NCBI GenBank assembly: GCA_964106915.2
Contig: OZ066922.1
Source of the DNA: Podarcis gaigeae
Taxonomy: Eukaryota
Length of the DNA: 64,000 bases
Direction: 5' to 3' (one strand)
How positions within the stretch are numbered: the stretch's first letter is position 1; each line of letters opens with the position of its first letter. The notes beneath the pieces were generated by a model. That model was not told the DNA's origin. It did not search any database and worked only from the letters and a program-made list of their open reading frames with translations. This document shows positions 14,008 through 28,380 of this stretch, piece by piece. Position numbers and translations under genes: made by a program.

Positions 14008-15830
14008 AAGTGTAATTTTGGTTAGTTAAGAGTTGGTTAGTGTATTGTTGCTCTGCAATTGAGAAACAGTCAAATAAATACATATTTTTAAAAGACGGGA
14101 GGAGTGTTGATGTATGGATTCTTCCACCTTGCGGAAAGGTAATGGAATAAACACCGTTTTGGTTCCTCCTTTTAATTATATAAATGTGCAAACGTCATTT
14201 TGAGTATTATCTTCAAACCAACAGCACTGGATTAGATCACTCTACAGCCTATGTTTTTCAAATTGCACCTATGTCACTAACTGTATTATTTCAAGTAATC
14301 TAGGCCACTTGAGTACATGATGCATAATATTCATAAACAGAAGAGACTGTTCATGCTACTGATTGGAAGGCATGTGATTACTTGATGTGATTTAATAGGT
14401 CAGATGGCATATTTTAGAAGTAGTTCAGTTTCTTGTCTTAAGTCATCTTAAATCATTGCAAACTTTCACATAAAACTAACGAATATGCTGGACCATCCTT
14501 CTATGAAATAAAGCCACTTTTCAAAAAACACAGAGCACATGACACCATAAACCTTATACAACTGAAACATTTCTCTCCTATGGAATGAGTAGCTCTAGAG
14601 AATACATTTGTTGCTCAAAGATACAATCCAGAAGCTTAATTAGTTGCATCTATGACAGAGGATCTGAGTTATGGTGCTCAGAACTGAAATGAATATATAG
14701 ATGGCAGTGCTAGTGCCTGCTAACACACAGAGCCCAAGCGCCACGGCAGTCAGTTGCATCTCTAATGTGTTTGCAAATGCAGTGCTAAAATGTATCTACC
14801 AATCTTGGTGATATCTGAGCATCTGTTCACAAAACATAGTGCCTCGTATTTCATAAATATAACACAGTGCTAATGTACTTCTGTTTGCAAAAGGCAACCG
14901 AGGCCAACATAAACAAGTTGTGAACAAATTACATCTTGGAGCACAGACATTTCTGAAGTATACAACTAAAGCAATGTAACATCCAAAACAAAACAAAACA
15001 GCAGCAGAATAGGCACAAAATAAAATAAGCAACATGGTATAACAATACTGTGAAAGAGCTAAAACCACTAAACGTTTTTAAAGACTGAAATAAAACATAA
15101 AGGTCTACACCTAGCACTAAACTGGTGAGCCCCTTTAGGTAGATATTCAATTACTAGGGAGCCACCACAAAAAAGTCCTATCTCTACCTCATCATGTTTG
15201 GCATGGGCACTTTAAGAAGCACCTCTGTGTGGATGACTTTAGGACCCAAGCAAGTGGTGGAGTTGATTGTCAGGTAACCTGGTCCAAAGCAGAGGCAAAT
15301 TTAGGGCAGTGCGACTGGTTCCCCTGCACTGGATACAGAGTCTAGGGGGTGCTGGAGGGATTCACAACTAGGATGTAGTCAATTGAGCAGGAAAAGGGTT
15401 TTTATTTGCCTTTTTTAAACTTCTGAGTGCTCTATTAACTAGATTTAGCTTTTCTCTATTTCTGAGAACTAGCCACGTAACTTAAAAAAGGTTTCTGTGC
15501 AACCCTGAACCTAAACTATGATGGTAATAATAGATTTAAAAGATATATGTGCCTTTTTATATATGTACTTTTAATCTTTTTGTTCATTAATGTGCTTATT
15601 TGTTATATACAATTCTTTTTTTGAAAAGCACCAGGTGTATGGATAGTGCTTTAATTATCAGCATAAAAAAAATCTTTATATAAAATCCAACTTTGGATAA
15701 GTTTCAGGGCAATTAGTTTGGTTGTAGAATGATGAACAGTTTAAAATTAAAGCTTAGAACACATAATTGTGGTTGGTTGGATTTTTAACCAATGTACTCC
15801 ATCATTGATAAAAGGAGAAAGTGAACACAC

Positions 15831-15832
<2 letters not shown>

Positions 15833-15867
<35 letters not shown>

Positions 15868-15882
15868 GACACACACACGGGA
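15833..15882. repeat. (CA)n microsatellite with GGGACA interruptions
   Basis: Direct reading. Confidence 0.9.
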
Positions 15883-17558
15883 CATAGTCTAACCACTGTG
15901 TAAGCTTTATGCCAGCATATGAGGATGAATGCTGAATGAACAAGTCATCTGATTTCTTTGCCATTAGGATTATTACATCAATGAAAATGTGTGGATAATT
16001 CTAGTGGAGGCTCCTGACAAGTACAACATTTCTAACATGAGTAGAGAAATCATTTTAGTACAATTTTGAAAATGACACTAGCTGTGCTATTGCCTGCCCT
16101 GCACAAGGCAGATGAATCTCTGAAGAATAATCATTAGCATGCTCCATGAGAATCCACGGCACTGAAAATAACCTCAACTCAGGAGACTTCAAAGACTCTG
16201 CGCTCTAGAGATCGACAATAATAATCTTGGCTGGCTGTAAAATTGCTGTTTTTGACTAACATGGGATATTCCCTTCTTTCTATTGAAACAAAATCTTTAC
16301 CTTAATGTAGGCATTACAAGGCATACTTGGTGTAGTAAAAATCCTTCATAGACAGAAAAATATCCAGTCTCTGCTACTGCAGTTGCCTCTGCAGCTCTTT
16401 ATACATCTTTGTATTTCTCTAGGGAATCTCTGTAGTAGTACACTAATCTCAAAGAAGTTGAACTCAACATTAATACACAATTGCCTGCTTCCCTCTAGAA
16501 ATGTCCTTTTGTAGCAGAACCACACTAGTCTATCCAGGAAGTGCAACTCATATAACACTGAACATGCAACTATTTTTGCCTGTAGTTCTCCAAAGGCTAA
16601 AGAGTTTCCCCACTAAAGACAACTGGATTACTCCAGAAGAATGATATATGGATCACACATTCACTTTCCCTATTCCAGTAATAAATAAAAAGTAGTATTT
16701 GAAAGTACGTGTGCTGTATAATATAGTTAAATCACAGAAAATGGGTATTACTTAACATATGTTCTTGATTCCCCAATATGCTTAGCAACAGATGAACAAC
16801 AGAATGCAGGGAGCCATGTGTAACAACTTTTGAATGCATGTCATATTTTGCATTTGGTATAATATTAAAATGTGAATTTACAAAGTATTCTATCTAATGA
16901 CTGTTAAAGCATCAGCTGGTTTCAATGGACAGAGGGCACTGGTTGTTGTTTTTTTAAAGCAACAATGAACCTTCAGAATGATATGAGAACAGCTGACAGC
17001 TATGCTTATAATTTAAAATAAGGGTGCATATTATATTTAGTCATGGAGAAAATGCTACTTGCCGACACTACACAAAGCAACATATGTGAAACATTAATTC
17101 TGAAATATAAAAAAACATTTCAGTTAAGGAAGAAAACCCACATGAGGCAGTATAACTAGAAGCCCGAGTGAATTTCAACAGAAACCAGACGTAATAAAAT
17201 AAAATGTAGGTCTCTGGGGATTTGTGTAAGAGGGGGAGAAAGACCAAAAATAAAGATGAAGCATGCATGATAATAAGGAGGGTTTCTTAATGTCACCCTG
17301 CATTTTGCATGACACATTTAGCAGCTGTGGCACACAGCAGTGATGTAATGCATGTGTCTAGCAAATAATTTCAGACTGAGCTCTGCCCACTTCATTCTAG
17401 CTAGTGGCAGTCACTGTGATCACAGAACAGAAAGAAAGCGCTGTCCGTGCTGTTTTATCACCCTCCTCTTTAAAGATATGCCTAGCCATAATTCAGCGTG
17501 AATCATCTACAGTTCGCTCTTATGAACATAGGATGTTGCCATGTCATATACTGAGTTA

Positions 17559-17979
17559 AAGGTAAAGGGACCCCTGACCATTAGGTCCAGCCGGAGCGGT
17601 ACCTATTTATTTACTTGCACTTTGATGTGCTTTCAAACTGCTAGGTTGGCAGGAGCAGGGACCAAGCAACAGGAGCTCACCCCATCGCGGGGATTCGAAC
17701 CGCTGACCTTCTGATTGGCAAGGCCTAGGCTCTGTGGTTTAACCCACAGCGCTACCCGCATCCCTATACTGAGTTAAAGATAAAGGTAAAGGGACCCCTG
17801 ATCATTAGGTCCAGTCGTGGCTGACTCTGGGGTTGCGGCGTTCATCTCGCTTTATTGGCTGAGGGTGCTGGCGTACAGCTTCCGGGTCATGTGGCCAGCA
17901 TGACTAAGCCGCTTCTGGTGAACCAGAGCAGCGCACGGAAACGCTGTTTACCTTCCTGCCAGAGTGGTACCTATTTATC
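17559..17979 (-). mobile_element. Two tandem partial Sauria SINEs (17559-17764 internally deleted; 17777-17979 5'-truncated)
   Basis: Two tails; TATACTGAGTTA present three times as flanks. Confidence 0.88.
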
Positions 17980-18716
17980 TATACTGAGTTAGACCTCGGC
18001 TAATGTATTTGTCCGCAGTGACTGAGGCTCTCTCTCTGGAATCTGAGATACGAGTCTTCCTTAGCGCTACTTGGAGATGCCAGGAATTGTTCTACCATTG
18101 AGCCACATAGCTAATTTTGTTCTCCACTGCTAAGTGGCCACTAGATTTCTGTATCACTGGTTATTATAAAGCAGCTGAATGTTTGAATTGACTCCCCTGA
18201 AGCACACAGCATTTCAGGTGATACAAGGACAAAATGAAAGTTCTGTCTGTGGCATTCAGGGCAAGGAGAGAACAATGAAAAGGAGAGGATGATGGTGAAT
18301 GAGTGAGGCATGGATTACAGAAGCACAGCAAGGAGGAAAAATAGGAGCAATACCTTACAGACAGGCTGGAAACGGAAAACAAAAAGTGATAGGGAGCAAG
18401 CAACATTTTTATTTATTTCATCATTTCAGACATTTATACCCTATCATTTAAATGACTTTCCTGGGATGCCTTATGATAAAATATAACTATTTTAACTAGA
18501 ATGGGGAAAGAATTTGGGTTATGTTGAATAGGAGCAATCTTCCAAACTTACACCTCTCTATGATTTAAGGCAAAAATAGTCACTTTTATAGAGCACTCCT
18601 TCCTTATGATCGTAACAATTTTTACAGCACTTCAATCTATTGAATTTATTTGTTCATTCTTTTTTAAAGGAAAGAACACGTTGAACAAAAAGTATGAACA
18701 TGCTTAAAATGCTTAC

Positions 18717-18737
18717 CTATGTCTAAAATCTTTATTT
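18717..18737 (-). CDS. TENM3: Teneurin-3 alternative micro-exon, splice site B (NKDFRHS), 21 nt, phase 2->2
   Basis: Long pyrimidine tract...CCAAG|AAATAAAGATTTTAGACATAG|GTAAGC; known NHL-domain insert. Confidence 0.93.
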
Positions 18738-19098
18738 CTTGGTGGGAAGGCAAGGAAAGGAAGAGTAAAAAAAAACAACAGTATTAGAAAAAAAAGTTAG
18801 ATGAAAAGTTGTTAAAAGAGGGAACAGTAAATAGGTAATGATGCTGATAAGGTTGCTGATTGTAATTCCATTCAGTCATTTTTTATCATCTGAATAGCAG
18901 AGATATTTTGACAGCTATCTCCATGAGTAAATGGCTTGAGAAAATGTCCCATCTTTCTTCAACCTCATTTTAAAATATTATTTTTAAAGCATTTGCATTT
19001 TTATTACAGTGTTCAGGTGTATATGGAAACATGGTATCATAAAATGACTGATTCATCACATAATCTCGAAACCAAATGTTTTAGGAGTAAAGATATAC

Positions 19099-19348
19099 CT
19101 TAGTTCAAGAACACTTGTTACATTTCCAGATGGGAATATCCGTCGAACATAGTTAAAATCCCCTACGTACAGGCTTCCATCAATACCACAAGCTAAGGCA
19201 ACGGGAGCCAAAAGCTTATTGCCATCTGCTTGACCATTGCAACTTGGGCAAGAAATGCTACGTCGTCGACCATTGCCCATTATACTACTGACAACTGGTG
19301 GCTGCTGAGAGATGAACTGATTTTCCCCATTGCCTTTGTAGAGGATTC
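19099..19348 (-). CDS. TENM3: Teneurin-3 exon, start of NHL propeller ([12 protein letters not shown]...TSVLEL); 250 nt
   Basis: TTTTCTCCAG acceptor, AG|GTATAT donor; [15 protein letters not shown] motif. Confidence 0.96.
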
Positions 19349-22300
19349 CTGGAGAAAACACAAATATGGTTTCCTACATCAGTGGAGTATTTTTGTCACT
19401 TACAAATTTTGATCAGAAAATACTAAATACATTTAATATTCCACACTGGGACTGTATTTCAGACGTGTCAAGATCAAGAGAGAGGACAATGACCACCACG
19501 CTGGTTCTCCTGAAATTCAAGAGAAGCTCGTCCATAAGAACTGGAGGCTGCTATCTGGAAGTGGCACTTTAGAAGTCTGTTGCACAAGTGGCCATCCATT
19601 TCAATCCCACCCACTGAATGAAACTCTTTGTGAAAAGGGATCAAAATATCACTATTCATATTTACAATCAGCTCAGAAGGTAATCAGAGCAACCACAGCA
19701 AGAGAAAAAAAGCATATAAGATAACAGTGATGTTTTAAATAACAAACTTCTATGAAAAGTTGGCAAATGCTTAAAAAAAGGATACATCTGGAAAAGTAGA
19801 AATGGGCAGAACTCGTGTTTGCAACAGTTACCTTGGGGCAATCCAATGGGGAGCAATGATATACAAGTGGGTGCTGTGCATGTGCTTCTCATAGCTGAGA
19901 AGCTGAGCTGTTCCTGTGCAACCCCCCACTGGATTGCCATAAAAAAAACGCTTTCTGACCTAAATACAGTTCTATGTTCCTTCTCCTTCCTTCCCAAGCA
20001 GGCAACTCATACTATTCAAAACCACTTGATTTGACAATCTCCCAAACTGGATTTTTTGACTCTGGGAAACATACACAGTACCCATTTGCATGTGCATTTT
20101 TCTCAGTTGGATTTGGGTGAACGTTGGTTTGGAATGATGCATTCCTGTTCGTTTATTCTGTACTGTTAGAATAAATTGCTTACATATGTCCTGTTACGCA
20201 TCACACACCCACAACATTATACCAGTAAACTATTATTGTAAATAAGTTTTCTGACAGCCTCAATTTCCCATTGTCAAATGGTCTTATTTTACGCAAAAGA
20301 ATAAGTTGTCTTTGCTAGCAGAGCCCAGCTCTATAATGTATCTGCAGTTCTGTACTCATATGTCAAACACAACAAAAATGTTTGGGCAAGAATCATTAGG
20401 AAAAGAAGAAGTATTTCTCCAGCATCATTTTTATGGCCTTCACAGGAAATGTGGGGAAGCAATATATGTGCATAATATTAGGCTTTCACAATTACAACTA
20501 TATTTTGTTAAAACATTACCACTATCCTCATTATTATCCTGATCAATGACTCAGTCAAGGTCTGCTGTGAGAACTGTCTGCTATTACTGTTAACACTTAT
20601 TCCACAGTAAATCTCAATGCGTTATAATCCATGCAAACCACATGTCACTTTGTACAGTATAGTAATACTTGCTTTATTGATCAAGTGTACAATATTTCAA
20701 AGATAACAGTACTAATGACTTTATTTTTGTCCCACGGTAACTGTTAAAATACATTTAGGAAGTTCTATGGCAGCTTTCTCCACCCTAAGGTTACTTTTAA
20801 GTTGAATTTCAATGGGTAAATATTTTCCATAAACAGAACATGTTCCTTGGCCTGTGCCAATTACTTTTCTAATGCCATGCAATCCGAGAGAGGTATACCA
20901 GAGGACGGACAACATTATGAAATAAGAGGAAATGAAAATGGCTCATGAAATATAAAAGAAAAGCCATGTAAATGAGGCTGCATCATAACAGCACATGGAT
21001 TTCATTTCCCCAAGAAAAGTTGGAACGAGAATGCACTAATGGAATCTGAAATCCCCTTCCTATGATCACATCATTTATGACAATCAGGAAACCATAATTT
21101 TGCTGAAATAGCTGAGTTCTATAATTTTCATCAGAGGTATCATACAAGTCAGCACTCAGCACTATGGTACCTGATTTATTCTGTCATTACTTTGAAAAAT
21201 TGCCCTTTCGCATCTCTCTTCTATTACCACAGGGGGAAAGATGAACATTAGAATATTTATTGCAGTGATTCAGGGTGTCCGTATAAACACCTGTCACTGT
21301 CTTTGCTCCCTTGTGAATAAATTTCCCCAGCTCATCCACCCTGTCATTACAACTAGCCACTTCATTTATTCAATTAGACAGGCATCACTTTGAAAAGTCA
21401 TTACTTGTCAAACAGTCTCCTGAGCATAAATTTAGGAGCATAGCTGACTCACCTTATGATCAGAAACTACTGAACAACAAAATGAGGAAAATGAATGTAC
21501 ACGTAATTATCTCAGTGCTTACTTGCTTTGTGCCAGTTCCCATGATAAGTTGCATTGGCATTCAATGGCAGTACACTTATTAACCCTTGCCTCCCAGTGA
21601 AATGTACCATATTCACATGAAACGAAGTCTCTCTGTAACTAATCCCATAATAGCTAGAAATACCAAGAAACATGATCTTGTTAACTAGTCCTTAGACATC
21701 ATTTCGGTGTCCTTTGGCTTCCATAACATTCTGCATCCTGGCATCCTCCTTTCTAAGATAGGTCTTTGCCTATCTTAAATCTGAGATCATTTCTTTCCTT
21801 CCATAACATAACTTCCAGGCAACATGAGTGTCATTAGTCACCTTGACTAAGCACCTGTGTGTCATTGCCGCCTGCAGTTAAATGGCAGGCACATTTCACT
21901 CTAAAACTGGCAGTGTTCCAATGACAGGAGAAATATTTCCTCCATACAACTTGTAATGTGTTTCATAATATGGAAGAAAATATACATGTTGCTATATTGC
22001 AATTGTAGCTGGAGTCATACTGCTATGGAAGTCCCAATATATTTAAGCATAAACTGTTTGAGTGAAGAAGCTTCGTGGGGCATCAAGCAAACTGTTTAAT
22101 TGAAACAATAAAGCTCTCCAGTAAATCTGACATATTTACTTGGAAGCCACAAGTGAAAAGGGAGCTTGTGCCTGAGTAAGTGTACTTAGGATCACAGTTT
22201 AGCTAGTCATTAGTGATGACAGAGAAGAAGAAAAAGGTTGGAGAAAGCAGGTCAAGCAGAGAACTATGGGAAGGAAACATGGGTTTTCCTTTTCCTTTTT

Positions 22301-22937
22301 TTGAAACATGGATTTTTATCAGAGATTTAAGGGGGGGAATGCAGTAAATACCAGAGATTTAAAAGAAGTAAAAGAATAAAAGAAGAGTTGGAATTAAAGA
22401 ATAAAGATATGTAAAAATGAGTAAAGGAAAGTTAATGAAGCAAGGAAGAACCATTGGAAATGGCAGGAAAATGGATGAAGTTATTTCCTGCATACGAGTG
22501 CCAATTCTGTTGTGGACTAAAAACCTCTCCCACCCATAACATATTTGTATAAAATACATTTCCCCACCAAATATTCGAATTGACAATGAGAGGCTTAGGA
22601 AACACTTATTTATTTGCATAGAAATACAGGAGTAATCATGCTAGTGAGGCAAAAGAGCAGCAATAATGCTAGCTGTACTTGACACAGTTCCATGGAAACT
22701 GTGGGGGGAGACTAGGCACAGCATAATGATTTTATGTAGTATGAAGAAGAAAACATTTCCTGGTGTTGGCATGGAATGAAGTTATGCTCATAAATTCAAC
22801 ATTAATTCAAATTAAAGAATAATTCTAGGATAGTCATGAATGTGTATTACTCATAACTTTTGCGTGACAGACAATGAATTAATTACATAGTCAGTATGAG
22901 TCCAGAAAAAAAATATTAAAATAAAATGGAGACTTAC

Positions 22938-23081
22938 CATTCTGAACATCCAGGACGTGGTGCTTATCTAGGGTCCAGCCCCCCATGTTGGAAGCATCCA
23001 ATTCATAGCCTTGTAAAATAGCTGTCCGTTTTTCCCACAGTGTTAGATCCAAACAAGATTCATATTCATAACCTACAGATA
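22938..23081 (-). CDS. TENM3: Teneurin-3 exon ([48 protein letters not shown]); 144 nt
   Basis: Not in ORF track; translated by hand; TTCCAG acceptor, G|GTAAGT donor. Confidence 0.95.
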
Positions 23082-23100
23082 CTGGAATTAAAAATAAAAA

Positions 23101-23103
<3 letters not shown>

Positions 23104-23150
<47 letters not shown>
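23104..23150. repeat. (ATT)n microsatellite in the acceptor region of the 144-nt exon
   Basis: Direct reading. Confidence 0.95.
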
Positions 23151-23152
<2 letters not shown>

Positions 23153-23310
23153 ACTACCCTTCCTCTCTTGATACCTGAAGACAGGTTCTAAGTACTTTCA
23201 CTGAACAGGGTTTCCAATTACAGGGAAGTTTCTTTGCATGTTAACATAACACACTTAGAATATTAGTTTTTCCTCTGGGTTAGTGTTAGATACAATCTAG
23301 GAAATATATA

Positions 23311-23479
23311 CCGTATTTTTTGCACCATAACACTCACTTTTTTCCTCCTAGAAAGTAAGGGGAAATGTCTGTGCGTGTTATGGAGGAAATGCCTACGGGT
23401 GGCATGCCTACGGATTTTCCTCCTCTAAAAACTACGTGCGTGTTATGGTCGGGTGCATGTTATAGAGCGAAAAATATGG
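23311..23479. mobile_element. Tc1/mariner-type MITE (CCGTATTTT TIR family)
   Basis: CCGTATTTTTTGC...GCGAAAAATATGG flanked by TA on both sides. Confidence 0.8.
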
Positions 23480-24211
23480 TATTTATAATTTTCAACAAAT
23501 CTTTTGCAGGGATAGAGGTGACACACCTGTATAGCCTGCTTGGCTAGAATTAGTTCAGGAGTCCCATGCACTGTGTCAACCCTAGCAATTATTCAGGGAG
23601 CAAATTTTAATCTGTGACTGAAGTTTCAGTCAATTAATTGTACTGACTGATTAAAGCTTGAAGCTCTATATACACATGATATATTGATGCTCCCTTGAAA
23701 TAATTTAAAGCCTTGAGTTGTTGAAAAACACCAGATGTTTAATAGCAATTTAAGGCAATTAAAATCATTTTGTTTTTTGAAAGCACCACAGGCAGTCCAA
23801 GGCTTTGTCTGTGAAAATGATGGTGCAACTATTTTCCCCATCTTAGTCTGTCTCAGACCTGATCAACACAGTCCTCACAATTTGTTACTTCCAGGTACTA
23901 GTTTAGTTAGATGTGATAATTACAAACGAAGTGTAATTCCTTTGTGATTTTAAAGTTCCATTCTTTTTATAAAAATGAAAAAATATGTCTATAACACATT
24001 TCAACTCTAAGAAGAGCCCTCAAGTCAGCTTACAACAATTTACTGTTAAAAGTAAGCTGTTGTAACAGTAATTGTTAACAATTAAAAGTTTACATTCATT
24101 CTACACAGCATACAGAACTTCTCATATATCTTCATTATTAAATATTATTCTATGTTTTCTAGATAATGCAAACATGCAAACAAAACCCATAACAACACAA
24201 ATAAGACCTAC

Positions 24212-24479
24212 CAACAGCTTCAGATAAACCATAGACCTTTTGGTTATATGCGTCAGTTTTATCCCATATGAATGTGTAAGCCAAATTTGGGGATGCAGGG
24301 AACCATTTTTGGAAAAGTCTTCCCACCACTGCCACCATGAGATGAACCTTCATTAAGTTAAATGGTATCACTGACTGCGTCATGGTGATCTTAAGAACGG
24401 ATTTATACCCTGCAGCTCTGGAGCTTAAATAAGACAATTTCAAATCAGTTCCTGGGACTGTGGTCTCCTCATGTAGTAC
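24212..24479 (-). CDS. TENM3: Teneurin-3 exon, Ig-like/FN-plug region ([17 protein letters not shown]...GLSEAV); 268 nt
   Basis: TTTTTAG acceptor, G|GTAGGT donor. Confidence 0.96.
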
Positions 24480-27400
24480 CTAAAAAATAAAAAGAGGAAA
24501 ATGACAAAATAATCTCAACTAGCAAGAATTTTACTGCATGTGATTGATTAGAAACTATCAGAAATACGTTTTCTGTAGAAAGATACAATTGTTTAAACAA
24601 TCATTGGGCTGACTACCTAAACTTCTGAAGCATTATGTGATTTTTTTTTTAGGATGAATATATGCAAAAGTTTTTACAACCTTATTTCCTACAGCAATTG
24701 CTGCATCAATGGATGTACTACCTATAAAATAACTGTTACATATATACATGTGTACAAAATACTGTGATCTGAGTGCTGTAAAAGACAATGGTTTAGGAAG
24801 GAATGGTCTGTATGCCTCCCCTCCTTCATGAGCCGGCTTGGTGCTGTGATCTGTGTGTGTTTAAACCAGAAATTTAAACCAAGATTTCATCCGGATCTGA
24901 AATTCTGGTTGGTAAATCCAGCAGGATTGAAGCACTGCAGCCATCACAGGACAGGCATGCACACATACCCTTCTGCTTTGAAATCCTTTTTATTTTGGAA
25001 CCTTTCTATCTGGGAAATTTGCCTCTTACGGTCCAATCAAACTTATTTCCTGTCTTGCCATGGTTCCTTTAAAAAGTCACACAAAACCTCCCTGAAATAT
25101 ATCCCTCATCAACTGGCTGCTGATGTGGGTGAAGAGGAAATGGATGTGAGGGCATTTATTGCCAATGTTGAAGCCCTCAAGAAGCAGACTGGGAAAGGAG
25201 ATGGGGGAAGGTCAGACACTTATGGACATGCAGGCTGAGCATGCAGGCTGAGAGCTGCATGAGTCTCTTTCTACCTGGGTTGAGGCTCTGGTGAGCAGGA
25301 TGACCGTGTATCCTGCAAAACCCCTGGGAAGAGTTGCCCTTTTAGGTGAGAGAGTAATGGCACTCAGCCTTCACAGCAGCTGCTTCTGCAGTCTGATGAA
25401 CCACTGGTGTGTTTGGCCCTTCTGACATCATCTGTGTAGTCTGGGGCCTCTCAGCCTAGGATGGTACAGCAAGAGGATGCGCATGGAGACGTACCCCTCG
25501 GAAAGTGGAGTGGCACCTTACTTCTTTTGCAGAGATGAGCTGCTCTTCTCATAACCCTCTCTGATTTTCCTGCTTCTAATTACTATATTTCACAATTTAG
25601 TTCTAATTACTAAAATGGTTTTGTTGTATGGCATTTCAAAATATTGCCTTCAGAATATTTACATTGGCAATTTTTCAAGGAAGATGTTTAAAACAGAAAT
25701 TTTCTTTCCTTCTTTCTCAAGCTAGATGGCTGCCTTAGGGAAAGCTTCCTCATGCATTCTGATCAATATTCAACCCTTTCTCATATCAGGAGAGCACAAT
25801 GATTCAATCTTCTTTTTAGAGCCTTTCTTGCCTAGAAAAGTGTGTGGGTGATAGTTAGACAAGATGGGTTTCTGTCTTCCATGGATTAAGGCAGTCAATC
25901 ATCTTTATTTCATTCAAGACTTCCAACTAGATTTTTTTCTTAACCACACCACTAAAGCGTTAGCTGTAAAGCCACCAAACAGCTCCATTAAGATGAGAAG
26001 ATTTCTAAAAAGACAACGATAAATCTCATATCACTAAAATATGGTGCCTCTGAAACACATAAAGCTCAATTCTCAGGATGCTGGCCACCAACTCAAAAAG
26101 CTGCCTCAAAGTTAGCCTAACCTGAGCTTCCAGGTAGGAGCCATCAAGGAAAGATCTGCACTGCTCAGCATCATTCCAGTTTAGGAGGTGCTGCGGACTA
26201 ATTGGTTCTGCAAGTGCATGTTGATGCCATCCAGGCAATTTGCAGGGCAACGCAACAGCTGCCATGGCCCAAGTTTGGAGAGAAGCATCTCCCTTTGCAA
26301 GATCTCAGGGCACACCACACTTCATGTGGCTCCATAAGCTCTCATGAGGGGGGCACGGTGGCAGGAATCATGAAGAAGTCCTGCCTCACTGGGTAACAGC
26401 ATAGGCAGTATTCAATGCAAGTTTTACTCAAAGTAGACCCAGTGAAATTAATGGTGCTACATTCATTCATTTAAAACTGAGCAAAATTGAGTTGAATACC
26501 CACGTTTACCAGGCAAGAGCCTCCCTTCTCCCAAACAGAATCCTGCAATTATGGGTTAGGTCTCTTGAAAACTGCAAGTGGAAGGAAGCTCTACCCCCTC
26601 CTCCCCCTCGAAGAAAACCCCTCTCTGGGGAGTGGGAGGGACCCCTTTCAATAGCATGGCATGGGGTGTGGGTGACAAGTGCTGTCACCTGATCTTGGAT
26701 GGGGCAATTGCCCAGGCTCCATTGCATACTGTTCAAGAAAATGAACCCAAGCTGCATTCTGGAACAATGAACAACAAACTTTAATTTTAGTGTGATGTCT
26801 GAACCAGTGCCTATGGTTTGTTTCTCCCAAACAACCATGTTCAGGAAGCCAACAGCAAACTTTGGCTTCACGTGGCAATTTGTTTGGACAGAAACAAATC
26901 ATGAATGTTAATTAAGATATCAAACTAAGTCAAGGATTCTCTACATTATGATTTGAACAAATCATACACCTTGGCTTAATGTTATCTGTGATTGCTGTTC
27001 TTTTCTGCCACCAGACTGTCCTGGCAAACAGCAAAGTGTTAATAAAGCTTTGACTCCATAACTAGAGTAGCACATTGGTATGCTATGAAAATGATGCAGA
27101 ATGTTGCCAACTCATTTTAGTACTGTGGCTGATTCTAGTGAAGGAAAACCAAATGGAAATAAACTTATTTGTTTTGTTTTTCAAGTTATCACTTACACAT
27201 ACATTATATGCCTTGCTTGATAATTTATTTGAAAAATTACACTGTTCACTTCCAAGAAAGCCTGGAACTGTATTGATTTATTGTGACTAATGGTTTTTGT
27301 GAGAGATGAGGATATTCAATATTATGTATTGTGCATCTGAGCTTAACATTCAGCCCTTGGGAATTATAAATATGCGTCACTTCTACAACAGAAGGTAAGA

Positions 27401-28380
27401 ATCCTATGAGTGCACAGAGTTTGGAGAAAGCACCCCTCTAATTTATGTTTTCCTGCAAAAATACATATCAGATATGCATTAGCAACAGCGCTAATGTGCC
27501 CACACATCAGAAAAAAGCTATTCATATTAGTACAGTTTAAATAAAATCAAGGTGTAAAAGTTTACTTTTTTCTTAAAATAATCCTTTCTTTCAAAGCACT
27601 TTACCGAGAGGCTTGTAAATTATTAATTTTAATTGTTTATAGACTTGAGTTTAGACATTTCATCAGCTACTGCCAAAAATCAAAGCTATGTTGCCATGGG
27701 TAGTATTTTGAAACTAACTTTTGATCTCATCTGCAGTAACCAAAGGCAGAGGCATAACAGTGACAGATAAAACTGGCTCCTGCTTAATTATTCTGTGTTT
27801 TCCTTTAGGCTTCCAGTCCACATCAACGAATGATTATGTTTCATCCCCTTCCACCTTGCAATGCTAATGGAGTAGGGCATTATGAGTCTAAAACACAAGT
27901 TTTATAGCAGAATGTTTTGAGTTGCCTAAATAATATTACATAAGAGTCCTTAATTTCAAAGTAAAAAGAACTCTTCATTTTGAAACATGCTATAGGTCAC
28001 ACCATGTATTTCAATAAGCTGATAACCTTGTAATTCCTGGATCCTTCCCAATGTCTATTTCATTGCAGCCCATATATCCTATGCAGTAACACATTTCCTT
28101 AAATTTTAACTTGCTTTCAGATGCCACATTTAGCTTCCATGGCAAACACTGTGGAGGCAGTCATCACCACAAGGGACAGATTAACTATTGCCATTAACAC
28201 ATGTTAAGAGGGGGAGGGGGGAGACAAAGCAACCAGGAAAGGGTAGGAATCAGGGTGGCAGCAGTGGAGTTGACAAGGCACTATATGTGGGGACCCTAGA
28301 AGGAACCTTGCCCCCAGCCCCCCTTACTTAGAAAGGGTCCTGATTCTCACAAATATATTTGGACTTAAGATGTATTGTAC

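Noticed and set aside
16301-16343. 43-nt AG...GT segment in the site-B intron
   Set aside because: GAAG acceptor, modest donor and frameshifting length; expected by chance
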